A DNA stretch of 64,000 nucleotides, taken from contig URHI01000001.1 of the NCBI GenBank assembly GCA_900547565.1, positions 3,533 through 67,532 on the forward strand. The letters run 5' to 3'. The stretch is from an uncultured Eubacteriales bacterium (lineage in GTDB: Bacteria > Bacillota > Clostridia > Oscillospirales > CAG-272). A model generated the notes under the pieces. The model worked only from the letters and a program-made list of their open reading frames with translations, had not been told where the DNA came from and made no database searches. A program made the position numbers and the translations under genes. This document shows positions 9,290 to 18,097 of this stretch, piece by piece. Position 1 is the stretch's first letter, and the number at the start of each line of letters is the position of its first letter.

Positions 9290-10138
9290 TTATGCTTCTC
9301 GACCGTATTGTCTTGACTCGCTTCGATATTCTGACGGCGTCATGCCGCAGTATTGCTTGAATATCCTGCTGAATTTCTTGCCTTGACTCATACCGCAGGC
9401 ATCACCCACTTCGCGTATGGTCAGCGGTGAGCCTTCAAGCAGATATTTTGCCTCATCAATACGGCAATTATTGAGATACTGAAGAAATGTAAGTCCGGTC
9501 GATGCCTTGAACACACGGCAGAAGCTGGTGCGTTCATAGCCTGCGACCGAGGCTACCGAGGAAATGGAAATGTCCTCGGCAAAATGCTGATCGATGTAGT
9601 TAAGCGCCACCTGCACGTTCTGCAGATACTGCAGGTGACCCTTGCGCTTGCGCGTTACCGTGCCTATTGTAGGCAGGCTGCGGCACAGAAGTGATGCCAT
9701 AAGCATGACATAACCCTGGAGCGCCCAGCTGGTATCCGGCGACTGTTGTTCCTTGAGTTTTTCCTCAAGTATGAGTCCAAGCAAGCGGGCAAGCTCGGCC
9801 GTCCAGCGTTGGCCGTCGTTAAGACGTATTACATGCTCAGGGCAGCAATGCGTCAGAAACCAGCTGAATTCCTCGCCGAGCATATGCTCTCCGACGATTA
9901 TCAGCATTTTTTCGGCATCTGCATGCGGCTGCTCCAGCCGATGCTCTTCCGCGCTGTTGACAAATATGACCTCTCCGGGGTTGGCAGTTACCTTTTCACC
10001 TTCCACTTCCATGTGTACCCGTCCGCTTATGCACCAATTCAGCTCGATCTCCTTGTGCCAGTGGTACGGAAATGACGGACCGGCGGCAATGGATACCTGA
10101 TACTTTTTTTCTTTTCTGAGTGGTGGCTGATACATCAT
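9290..10138 (-). CDS. AraC family transcriptional regulator (cupin plus HTH)
   Basis: The C-terminal AraC HTH reads ISISSVASVAGYERTSFCRVFKASTGLTFLQYLNNCRIDEAKYLL. The N-terminal part is cupin-like. Confidence 0.9.
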   Translation of the reverse strand: MMYQPPLRKEKKYQVSIAAGPSFPYHWHKEIELNWCISGRVHMEVEGEKVTANPGEVIFVNSAEEHRLEQPHADAEKMLIIVGEHMLGEEFSWFLTHCCPEHVIRLNDGQRWTAELARLLGLILEEKLKEQQSPDTSWALQGYVMLMASLLCRSLPTIGTVTRKRKGHLQYLQNVQVALNYIDQHFAEDISISSVASVAGYERTSFCRVFKASTGLTFLQYLNNCRIDEAKYLLEGSPLTIREVGDACGMSQGKKFSRIFKQYCGMTPSEYRSESRQYGREA

Positions 10139-10161
10139 AGCGTGTTTACCTCCGTTGCGGT

Positions 10162-11190
10162 TTACAGTGAAATTTTACCGACTCGGATCTCGGGCTGCGA
10201 CCATGCGGCCGCCTGCTTTTCCATTTCGGCAATTTCACTGATGCCGTCCGATGCTCCCGCAGTGAGCAGTGAGCAATTCGCGGCCAGCGTTCCCAGCTTC
10301 ATTGCCGCGTCGAGCGTGTATCCGCGGAACGCGCCCAAAAGGACTCCGGAACAGAAGGCGTCACCTGCACCGGTGGTGGAGGCAATTGCCTCGCGCGGCA
10401 CGCCGTAGACCGTTGCTTTGACGTAATTGCCCTGCGCGTCCACGCCGTAGCTTGCCAACTTGGAGTGAATTACCACCCACTCGCTGACTCCACACTCACG
10501 CAGAGCGCGGAAAACTGACGGCAGATTATCTTCGATTATACCACTGTCCCCCGACAGCTGTATACCCGTCGTACGTTCAGCTTCAAGCTCATTGATAATG
10601 CAGTAATCCGTGTATTTGAGTGCCGGCATGACTATGCCGCGAAAGCGCGTGCTGTTCTCACTGACGATATCAACCGAGGTTTTGAGTCCGCGCTCCTTTG
10701 CGCCTGCCAGCAGGCGGGCCAGTTTTGTTCCGTATTCGGCATCCGGGGCATCCAGCGCCTTAAGCAGAAGTATGTAGCCTATGTGAAGCAGTCCTTCATA
10801 GTCGTCAAGCTCAAGACAGCTCTCGTCAAAGTTTTCGTTTGCCCCCGCAAACTGGAAGAACGTGCGTGTATTGTTCTGCTTTTCGTACATAACGTCGGTA
10901 AATGACGTCTGACCGCTGATCTTTATTCCGCTGACATCGATGTTTTCATACGCGCTCAACACGTCCAATATAAAGCGTCCCTGCTGATCGTCGCCTACAA
11001 GCCCCGCGGCGTATAACGGAAGCTCGGGATCCATTCTGGCAAGATCCTGTATGCAGTTGCAGACAAGTCCGCCAGGAGCCAAAGACAGCTCGCTGATGTT
11101 GGCCAGTGTAGAAGGTGCGGGGTATGCGTCCAGCCGTTTGAGCTGATCTGCTATAATGCTTCCTGCACAGATTATCCCTCTTTTTTTCAT
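10162..11190 (-). CDS. PfkB family carbohydrate kinase
   Basis: C-terminal TTGAGDAFCSGVLLG and N-terminal GGLVCN motifs. The ATG at 11190 lies 1 nt after the upstream stop. Confidence 0.85.
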   Translation of the reverse strand: MKKRGIICAGSIIADQLKRLDAYPAPSTLANISELSLAPGGLVCNCIQDLARMDPELPLYAAGLVGDDQQGRFILDVLSAYENIDVSGIKISGQTSFTDVMYEKQNNTRTFFQFAGANENFDESCLELDDYEGLLHIGYILLLKALDAPDAEYGTKLARLLAGAKERGLKTSVDIVSENSTRFRGIVMPALKYTDYCIINELEAERTTGIQLSGDSGIIEDNLPSVFRALRECGVSEWVVIHSKLASYGVDAQGNYVKATVYGVPREAIASTTGAGDAFCSGVLLGAFRGYTLDAAMKLGTLAANCSLLTAGASDGISEIAEMEKQAAAWSQPEIRVGKISL

Positions 11191-11191
11191 T

Positions 11192-12226
11192 TTATCTCTC
11201 ACCCATAAGATGTGCCAGAACGTATGCTTCCAGCTTTTCGTAGTTACGCTCCGCTATGCACTTATTTTTATAATCGTTGTCAAAGGTTTCAACCTTTTTC
11301 TCCAGCATTTTGACCATTTCCATGCTGTTGATGATGTGGCGGTAACAGTCATCGGCCTTTTGCGTACGCATAACCTTTACATCAAGCCCGACATACTCGC
11401 CGCCGGCACCGTAGTTATTGTCACACAGCACCTTGATCTGGTTGAAGGCCGAACGGATATTCTCGGAGCCAAAAGATTTATCCTGATCGTATCTCATTCC
11501 GTTCTGGTCGTTGAGATGCACGCTTCCCAGCTTGCCGAAGGACAGCGCAAACGCCATTTCAATAGCGGGATCAAGTCCTGCAAGTATGGCATGTGCGCTC
11601 TCAAGCACGGCGCCTACACGGGCGGGATCAACCGTTGAGGCAGACACAGCCATAACATGACCGACCGTCGGACAAAAGCTGCGGTCAATAGGCTCATTGG
11701 GCTTAGGCTCGATAAGCACACGGATATTATCGTCATATTTCAGCATTTTGTTTATGCTTTCGATAAGCTTATGCGTCTTCTCGACCGGATCTTTTGTCTC
11801 GGCGCAAAGTGTACCCTCGCGGGCAAGCCACAGTACTATGTTGCGTGCTCCCAGCTCGCGGGCAATGTCAATGGAGCGGAAGGCTCTCCACATTGCGAAT
11901 TCATAGTCCTCGTCCGAGTTGGAAGTAAAGCCGCCGTCGGTCGTGTGGGGATCCATCCAAAGACGGGGCGCTACAAATTCGGCGGCCAATCCGTATTTAT
12001 CCAGCTTTTTCTTTACCTCGCGGGCGGCCGCCTTGATTTCGGCCTCGTTGAGATTGTTCATATCCGGGACAGCATCATCGTCGTGGAATTGCACGGCGGA
12101 CAGGCCTATCTCGGCAAATTTCCTGAATTTTTCTTCGATATCAATAGTCGGACGCACCTCGGGACCGAACGCATCCGCGCCCTCGTGAACATTCCAGGGA
12201 CCTGCTGTAAACTTGAATCTTGACAT
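11192..12226 (-). CDS. Class-I xylose-isomerase-like sugar isomerase (short, 344 aa)
   Basis: Motifs align by eye to actinobacterial XylA: FHDDD, LAREG, EPKPNEP, ESAHAILAGL, HLNDQNG, YDQD. Confidence 0.75.
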   Translation of the reverse strand: MSRFKFTAGPWNVHEGADAFGPEVRPTIDIEEKFRKFAEIGLSAVQFHDDDAVPDMNNLNEAEIKAAAREVKKKLDKYGLAAEFVAPRLWMDPHTTDGGFTSNSDEDYEFAMWRAFRSIDIARELGARNIVLWLAREGTLCAETKDPVEKTHKLIESINKMLKYDDNIRVLIEPKPNEPIDRSFCPTVGHVMAVSASTVDPARVGAVLESAHAILAGLDPAIEMAFALSFGKLGSVHLNDQNGMRYDQDKSFGSENIRSAFNQIKVLCDNNYGAGGEYVGLDVKVMRTQKADDCYRHIINSMEMVKMLEKKVETFDNDYKNKCIAERNYEKLEAYVLAHLMGER

Positions 12227-12256
12227 GACTTTCTCCTTTTTATGTATATTATTAAT

Positions 12257-13405
12257 TTACTGTTCAATGCTTATCCATCTGCGCTCCCGGCTGCTATGCA
12301 CAATGGCCTCTGTCAAGCGGACTATGTATGCAGCATCTTCAAAGGTGGCAAAATCGGGCTTATCGGTGCGGTCGGAGGCGAGATAGCGGTAAAACGCCCG
12401 GATATTTCCGCAAAAGGCGTCGTTCCAGCCCTCGGGATGACCCATAGCCAGCGAGGTATACTGTCTGACCTCGGGCGCCATAGTGTTGGGATTGCGGATT
12501 ATGTAGTGGTTGTCACCATCGCGGTGCCCTTCCCACAGACGGTCATTCTCCTCCTGATTCCAGCGCAATGATGCTTTGCTGCCATTGACCTCAATACCAA
12601 AGCAACAACCGTGTCCGGCGCTTATTTCCGAAACGTGAAACGAACCGTGCGCACCGTTGTCCATGCGGAACAGCACTGCGGCGTATTCTTCATTTTCAAT
12701 TTTGCGGAGCTCGTATTCAAAATCTTTGCGGCTGGTAAACGTTTCGGTCGCTTTGACCGGCTTTTTACGGTATGGAATGAATGTGTTGAGATCGCCCATC
12801 ACCTCGGTTATACGGGCGCCGGTTATGTGCTGTACGGCATCCATCCAGTGCGAGCCGATATCGGCCACACAACATGAAATACCGCAGATGTCGGGCTCAA
12901 GCCGCCACGAATAATCAGTATCGTACAGCAGCCAGTCCTGCTGGTACGCTCCCGACAGCACTCTTACCTCGCCTATGCTGCCGTTTGCAATGCGGTATCG
13001 CATTTCCTGAACCATGGGATTCATGCGGTAATTAAAGTTTACTGCCGCAACGACCTCAGGGTGGCGCGCCTTTATCTCAAGCAATTCACACGCCTCGGAA
13101 TAATTGCGCGCCAGAGGCTTTTCACTGAGCAGATGCTTACCCGACTCGATTATTTTTTTGTTGATCTCCAGATGAAGATGATTAGGCGTACAGTTGTGTA
13201 TTACGTCTATGTCCGGGTCAGCCAACAGCTGCTCCACCGAGGCATAGCATTTGGGAATACCGTACACCCCGGCCTTTTTGGCGGCCAGCTCGGCATTTGT
13301 GTCGGCAACCGCCTCAAGTCGGCAACCGGCAACGCGTCGCACGGCATCGATGTGGCTTTCACCTATGTAACCCATCCCTATGATACCCACTCTGAATTGT
13401 TTCAT
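12257..13405 (-). CDS. Gfo/Idh/MocA family oxidoreductase
   Basis: Rossmann-type N-terminus MKQFRVGIIGMGYIGESHIDA. RBS aggaga precedes the ATG at 13405. Confidence 0.85.
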   Translation of the reverse strand: MKQFRVGIIGMGYIGESHIDAVRRVAGCRLEAVADTNAELAAKKAGVYGIPKCYASVEQLLADPDIDVIHNCTPNHLHLEINKKIIESGKHLLSEKPLARNYSEACELLEIKARHPEVVAAVNFNYRMNPMVQEMRYRIANGSIGEVRVLSGAYQQDWLLYDTDYSWRLEPDICGISCCVADIGSHWMDAVQHITGARITEVMGDLNTFIPYRKKPVKATETFTSRKDFEYELRKIENEEYAAVLFRMDNGAHGSFHVSEISAGHGCCFGIEVNGSKASLRWNQEENDRLWEGHRDGDNHYIIRNPNTMAPEVRQYTSLAMGHPEGWNDAFCGNIRAFYRYLASDRTDKPDFATFEDAAYIVRLTEAIVHSSRERRWISIEQ

Positions 13406-13440
13406 TGGTTCTCTCCTGTTATGATATTTTGACTGTCGTA

Positions 13441-14382
13441 TCAGTCTTCGAACAGACCGTACTGCTCCAGGGCATATTTTCCTATACTGTAAAGCAGACT
13501 CTCGGCCTGAATACAAATCTCACGTGACGCATTGAAAAGCCGCGGTGCCTCACCTCCGGGACCGACAAACTCATTGCGCTTGTGCGGCCATGCTCCGGCA
13601 GGCATTATCATATTGCTCGCCTCAAAAGTAAACGGTCCCCCGAAGCCTACGGCAATCAGCCCCTGAATCACGGCATCAAGATTGAGTGTACCCATAAACG
13701 GTGCTATATGCTCGTCATACTTGCCGTAGTTGTCCTGAATGTGCACCGCCCGTAGCAGGTCGCCCAGCGCGACTATGTCGTCGTACTGGTTCACCCCGCG
13801 CATGTTGGCGTGTCCGGTATCCCAACAGGCGAAAAGTCTGTCAAAGTCGGTGTATTCTATAAATTCACGTATGTCTGCCCCGGTAAAAAAGAAGTATTTA
13901 CTTCCCATATTGCCCTCAGCGCTGTTTTCGGTCAGCACATTGACGCCGTAGTGCTCGGCGTCGTCCATCAGGCGGGCATAAAACTCACGGTTTTCGGCAT
14001 AATAGCGCTCACGTCCGCCGTCCGCAGGAATATCGCGGCTAAAACCCGCGTGCGTTACCAAATTTGGTATACCGAGAATGCCGCATGCTTCTATAGTTCG
14101 GCGCATGGCAAGCATACCTGTCTCGTGGTCGGCGGCGGGATCAAACGGATTGTAGCCCGGCGCATGCGCCTGCACATATGTAACTCCGTATTTTGCCGCA
14201 GCACCGGCATATTCGTCTATATAACGCTGGTAGTCATCTCCGACCAGCCGTGATCCCGGGCGATGATCGGTGTAAAAGCTTACGTCAAGATATTTAAACC
14301 CGGTTGTCCGGAAATTTCCTATTATACGGTCGGGTGTGTCTCCGCTCCAGAACAGGTCCCCTGTTGTTGTTGCAAGCTTCAT
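13441..14382 (-). CDS. Sugar phosphate isomerase/epimerase (xylose-isomerase-like TIM barrel)
   Basis: MKLATTTGDLF...; HAP, TEN, WDTGHAN and HIQDN motifs. RBS aaaggag precedes the ATG at 14382. Confidence 0.8.
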   Translation of the reverse strand: MKLATTTGDLFWSGDTPDRIIGNFRTTGFKYLDVSFYTDHRPGSRLVGDDYQRYIDEYAGAAAKYGVTYVQAHAPGYNPFDPAADHETGMLAMRRTIEACGILGIPNLVTHAGFSRDIPADGGRERYYAENREFYARLMDDAEHYGVNVLTENSAEGNMGSKYFFFTGADIREFIEYTDFDRLFACWDTGHANMRGVNQYDDIVALGDLLRAVHIQDNYGKYDEHIAPFMGTLNLDAVIQGLIAVGFGGPFTFEASNMIMPAGAWPHKRNEFVGPGGEAPRLFNASREICIQAESLLYSIGKYALEQYGLFED

Positions 14383-14419
14383 TGGCACATACTCCTTTCG
14401 CGCATTATCTGACAAATTC

Positions 14420-14448
14420 ATTATAACACAAAGAAGTGCTTATTTCAA
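14420..14448 (-). promoter_or_regulatory. Sigma-A type promoter of the 14382->2481 operon
   Basis: On the minus strand: TTGAAA (14448-14443), 17-nt spacer, TATAAT (14425-14420) with an upstream TGt extended -10. Confidence 0.55.
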
Positions 14449-14932
14449 CATTCCTTCACCCCCGTTAGTGACTGTTTTTTCTTAAATATTTGCCCATTTT
14501 TTTGCCTATCCAGTATTATTGACTTGCTTTTCGACTAAATAATATTTTTATCAGTCCAGGACAAGCCTATTTTCCCATTTTTTAGGAGATTTTGAGATGC
14601 AAAGGTCAGCCTGGCCGGCAAATAAATGAGACATGCCGCTCATCTCGGTTACAATTCAGGCAAAAAAATGATACCGCTTGCCGTATCCGTGCAAATTCAA
14701 GACAAAAGCCGTAAATATTTTAGTATAAAATCACCTGTCCCGAGGTGATTAAGAATTGTTCCGTTTGTTGTGCCGCTGCGGTATTTTCCTTCCGTTTCGA
14801 CACGTTGCGACTGTTCGCGCAATATCATATTAGTGGAACAAAATTCCACCCGGCAAAAGCACCGGACACTGACTAAATCCGGTGCCGGACAGGTAAAAAT
14901 ATACCTGAAACTAAAAGACAGGGGACATGATC

Positions 14933-15517
14933 ATGAACATTCGACGCGGAGATATTTATTACGCCGACCTGAGTCCGGTCGTTGGCTCGGAGCAGGGGGG
15001 GCTGCGCCCGGTACTTATCATTCAGAACGACGTCGGCAACCGCTATAGCCCAACCGTCATAGCAGCCGCCATAACCTCCCGCATGGGCAAAACACGTCTG
15101 CCCACACATATAGATATTTACGCCGAGCGGGCGGGCCTGGCCAAGGACTCGGTCATATTACTTGAGCAAATACGTACACTGGACAAACGCCGTCTCAAGG
15201 AACGCATGGGCCATCTTGATGACCACATAATGAATGAGGTCAACAACGCAATTGCCGTCAGCTTCGGACTCGGAGGAATACTGACTCCTCCTGAATCGTC
15301 AGGCAGTGAGCCGTTGCACGAAACTGCGGAGCCGGTACCGGCCTATGCCGCTATGGACGATCACGCACCTGCAGTTGCGGTGTCCGGAACGCACGGAGGC
15401 ACAATAGCACCTTCGGGCATTCCCACGGCCTCACTTACCGCCGAGCAAAACACTTCGGCAAACGGTGTCGGGCATTCCCCGGACACGTCCGGAACCACAA
15501 CGCCAGGCGCAACCTGA
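14933..15517 (+). CDS. mazF: MazF/EndoA-type endoribonuclease toxin with a ~80-aa low-complexity C-terminal extension
   Basis: [47 protein letters not shown]...[16 protein letters not shown] is near-collinear with B. subtilis EndoA. RBS gggga lies 7 nt before the ATG at 14933. Confidence 0.85.
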   Translation: MNIRRGDIYYADLSPVVGSEQGGLRPVLIIQNDVGNRYSPTVIAAAITSRMGKTRLPTHIDIYAERAGLAKDSVILLEQIRTLDKRRLKERMGHLDDHIMNEVNNAIAVSFGLGGILTPPESSGSEPLHETAEPVPAYAAMDDHAPAVAVSGTHGGTIAPSGIPTASLTAEQNTSANGVGHSPDTSGTTTPGAT

Positions 15518-15578
15518 CGAAAAAGCGGCCCTGCTTATGCAAAACAGCAATAATTATATGCTTTTTTCGCCTAACCTC

Positions 15579-15607
15579 TTGATTTTTAGGCGGAAAATGA
15601 TTAAAAT
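15579..15607 (+). promoter_or_regulatory. Sigma-A type promoter of fba
   Basis: TTGATT (15579-15584), 17-nt spacer, TAAAAT (15602-15607). Confidence 0.55.
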
Positions 15608-15644
15608 ATAGAGTGATATATTTTGTATTCAAAGGAGATTCAAA

Positions 15645-16610
15645 ATGGCACTCGTAACAACAACCGAGATGTTCAAAAAGGCTTATGCCGGCGGTTACGC
15701 CGTAGGCGCCTTCAACATCAACAACATGGAAATAATCCAGGCTATCACCGAAGCCGCAGCCGAGCAGAAATCCCCCGTTATACTTCAGGTTTCTGCAGGT
15801 GCGCGCAAGTATGCAAGACACTCCTACCTCATGGCACTGGCACGCGCGGCCGCCGAGGACAGCGGTGTGGATTTTGCACTTCACCTTGACCACGGTGCAG
15901 ACTTTGATATCTGCAAATCCTGCATTGACGGCGGCTTTACCTCCGTTATGATCGACGGCTCCAAGTACTCCTTCGAGGACAACATAGCACTCACCAAAAA
16001 AGTTGTTGAATATGCTCACGCACACGGTGTTGTGGTCGAAGGCGAGCTGGGCAAGCTGGCCGGCATTGAGGACGACGTTCATGTCGCCGCAGAGGATTCC
16101 TCCTACACCCGCCCGGAAGAGGTTGAGGAGTTCGTTTCCAGAACCGGTGTTGACTCGCTGGCTATCGCTATAGGCACCTCCCATGGTGCTTACAAATTCA
16201 CTCCCGCTCAGTGCACCCGCAATGCAGACGGTATACTTGTTCCGCCTCCCCTCCGCTTTGACATTCTTGAGGAGATCTCCAAGAGACTGCCCGGGTTCCC
16301 GATCGTTCTTCACGGTGCTTCTTCGGTTCCTCAGCAGTACGTCAAGGAGATCAATGAGCTCGGCGGCAAAATGCCTGACGCTATCGGTATTCCCGAGGAC
16401 GAGCTGCGTCACGCCGCCAAGCTGTCGGTCTGCAAGATCAATATCGACTCCGATATCCGTCTGGCAATGACAGCGGCGATCCGTCGCGTCCTGCACGACG
16501 ATCCCTCTGTTTTCGATCCCCGCGGATATCTGTCCGTGGCCCGTGACGAGGTCAAAAAGATGGTTACTCACAAGATCGTTGAGGTTCTCGGCTCCAACGG
16601 CAAGGCCTGA
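15645..16610 (+). CDS. fba: Class II fructose-1,6-bisphosphate aldolase
   Basis: GGYAVGAFNINNME...PVILQVS...LHLDHG...GELG...IAIGTSHGAYKF are hallmark class II FBA motifs. Confidence 0.92.
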   Translation: MALVTTTEMFKKAYAGGYAVGAFNINNMEIIQAITEAAAEQKSPVILQVSAGARKYARHSYLMALARAAAEDSGVDFALHLDHGADFDICKSCIDGGFTSVMIDGSKYSFEDNIALTKKVVEYAHAHGVVVEGELGKLAGIEDDVHVAAEDSSYTRPEEVEEFVSRTGVDSLAIAIGTSHGAYKFTPAQCTRNADGILVPPPLRFDILEEISKRLPGFPIVLHGASSVPQQYVKEINELGGKMPDAIGIPEDELRHAAKLSVCKINIDSDIRLAMTAAIRRVLHDDPSVFDPRGYLSVARDEVKKMVTHKIVEVLGSNGKA

Positions 16611-16631
16611 TTTAAATAAAAGTACAAAATT

Positions 16632-16665
16632 ATCCGGTGGGTGTATGATGCCCACCGGATTTTTA
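16632..16665 (+). terminator. Rho-independent terminator of fba
   Basis: Stem atccggtggg / cccaccggat followed by TTTT. Confidence 0.8.
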
Positions 16666-16801
16666 TTGCCTCCCGGCTGTGCATATAAACAATATTATGA
16701 CTGAATACGCCGGGATTTTTTATTATTTTGTTCAAAATGCCCTTTGAAGCAAATGTAAAAAAGTAGTATAATATATATAATAAATCTTCGGAGGTAAGTG
16801 T

Positions 16802-17146
16802 ATGCAGTACCGGGTTGAACACATAATATGGGGAGCTGGTTACATAGAATACCGTGACGAGCGCTATGTACGCATCGTATTTGACAATACCGATATTGGC
16901 AAACGCACGTTTGTATGGCCTGACGCCTTCGGAAAATTCTTGCGCTATGAGGATAACGATCTGCAGTCTGCGGTCGAATCAGAGTTGCGCGAAAGAGAGC
17001 GTGCGGCATATGAAGCAAACGAAAAGGAACGACAGAAACAGCTTGAGGCCGCAGCAGCGCGCGATAAAGAACAGAACGAAAGAGCAGTCAAGCGTAAGCG
17101 CGCACTTGCATATGCCCACGCACGCAATAAAAATCTTCGTCATTGA
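16802..17146 (+). CDS. Hypothetical protein with a charged coiled-coil-like C-terminus
   Basis: RBS ggaggt lies 7 nt upstream and the gene has its own terminator. I recognise no family. Confidence 0.5.
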   Translation: MQYRVEHIIWGAGYIEYRDERYVRIVFDNTDIGKRTFVWPDAFGKFLRYEDNDLQSAVESELRERERAAYEANEKERQKQLEAAAARDKEQNERAVKRKRALAYAHARNKNLRH

Positions 17147-17159
17147 AGCGCCGAAATAT

Positions 17160-17212
17160 AAACTACCCGTGACAGGACGGTAAACACCGACTTAATCACG
17201 GGTAGTTTTATA
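17160..17212 (+). terminator. Rho-independent terminator
   Basis: Perfect 13-bp stem aaactacccgtga / tcacgggtagttt followed by a T-rich tail. Confidence 0.75.
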
Positions 17213-17270
17213 TTTACTTCATAACGGTAAGAAACACATACTATATCACGCTGTTGCAGCCATGTTAATC

Positions 17271-17382
17271 TCCATTCTGCCGCTTTGCGGCAGCACAAAT
17301 AGTAATCAATGAATTTTGCCTCGGCAAAATTCGTGCGTGAAAAAGTACATTTAACTTTTAGGCGAAAGCAACTTTCACGCTA
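17271..17382 (-). repeat. Copy A of a ~110-nt three-hairpin element (inverted relative to copy B at 60247..60358)
   Basis: The reverse complement matches 60249-60355 with 8 substitutions by hand alignment. All 8 fall outside the three predicted stems. Confidence 0.85.
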
Positions 17383-17392
17383 TTAACCGAAC

Positions 17393-18097
17393 TTATTTCC
17401 CGGACTGACGCAGACACACGGGGTTGATAGCCGCAATCGGTGCATTGCCCTCTCCGATGACAATGCATTTCCACTGCGACTCGTTCCCCTCAAACATTAT
17501 TTTGCCCAAAGATCCGCAGCCCTCGCTGGCACGCGGCGCTATTTTGCGCAGTTGTAGCGTAACATTAAGCGTCGTCATACTGCTTCCTGCCGGAATACAA
17601 ATGAGCTGCGTGTGATCGGCCGTGTAAAGCACGCCTCCCATTTCGCAATATGCAGTATTTTCTGCGTCAACGGATATGTATGCCAGCGCTGGGCAGGCGG
17701 CAAATGCACCGTCACCTATCTCGGTCACGCTGTCAGGTATCTGGACCGCACTTACGGTGGTGTTTCCCGCAAATGCACCTGACGAGATGGCTGTTACCGT
17801 CTCGCCCGATTCATTCACATCGGGAATAATAAGACAGCTGTCGCGGCAGTCACCTATTCCGGTCAGTGTACAGCTGCCGTCTCCGTTTGACTTGTAGCTC
17901 AGCCCGTGTGAATAAACGTCACCAACTGCAACCGGAACCGATTCTGTTGTTGTCTCGGGCGTGGTTTCGGGCGATGCCGTTGTTGTTTCGACGGTTGTGG
18001 TGTCATCAGCACCGCGACGCGACATGCCGCAGGCGGCGCACCCCAATGCGCACAAAAGCATAAGCGTCACCGCAAGAATTACTTTGAAATCCTTCAT
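17393..18097 (-). CDS. Lipoprotein with BspA-type leucine-rich repeats
   Basis: MKDFKVILAVTLMLLCALGCAAC signal, then a Thr-rich linker. The repeats contain IPDSVTEIGDGAFAACPAL and similar. Confidence 0.7.
   Translation of the reverse strand: MKDFKVILAVTLMLLCALGCAACGMSRRGADDTTTVETTTASPETTPETTTESVPVAVGDVYSHGLSYKSNGDGSCTLTGIGDCRDSCLIIPDVNESGETVTAISSGAFAGNTTVSAVQIPDSVTEIGDGAFAACPALAYISVDAENTAYCEMGGVLYTADHTQLICIPAGSSMTTLNVTLQLRKIAPRASEGCGSLGKIMFEGNESQWKCIVIGEGNAPIAAINPVCLRQSGK

Noticed and set aside
14770-15048. 92-aa ORF considered as a possible MazE antitoxin
   Set aside because: It overlaps mazF by about 120 nt in another frame. It is Arg/Ser-rich with no RHH or AbrB-like pattern and has no RBS.
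15435-16655. 406-aa ORF on the minus strand
   Set aside because: It is entirely antisense to the very well supported fba gene (15645..16610). It has no RBS and a Gly/Val/Arg-rich composition typical of antisense frames in genes with GC-rich third codon positions.
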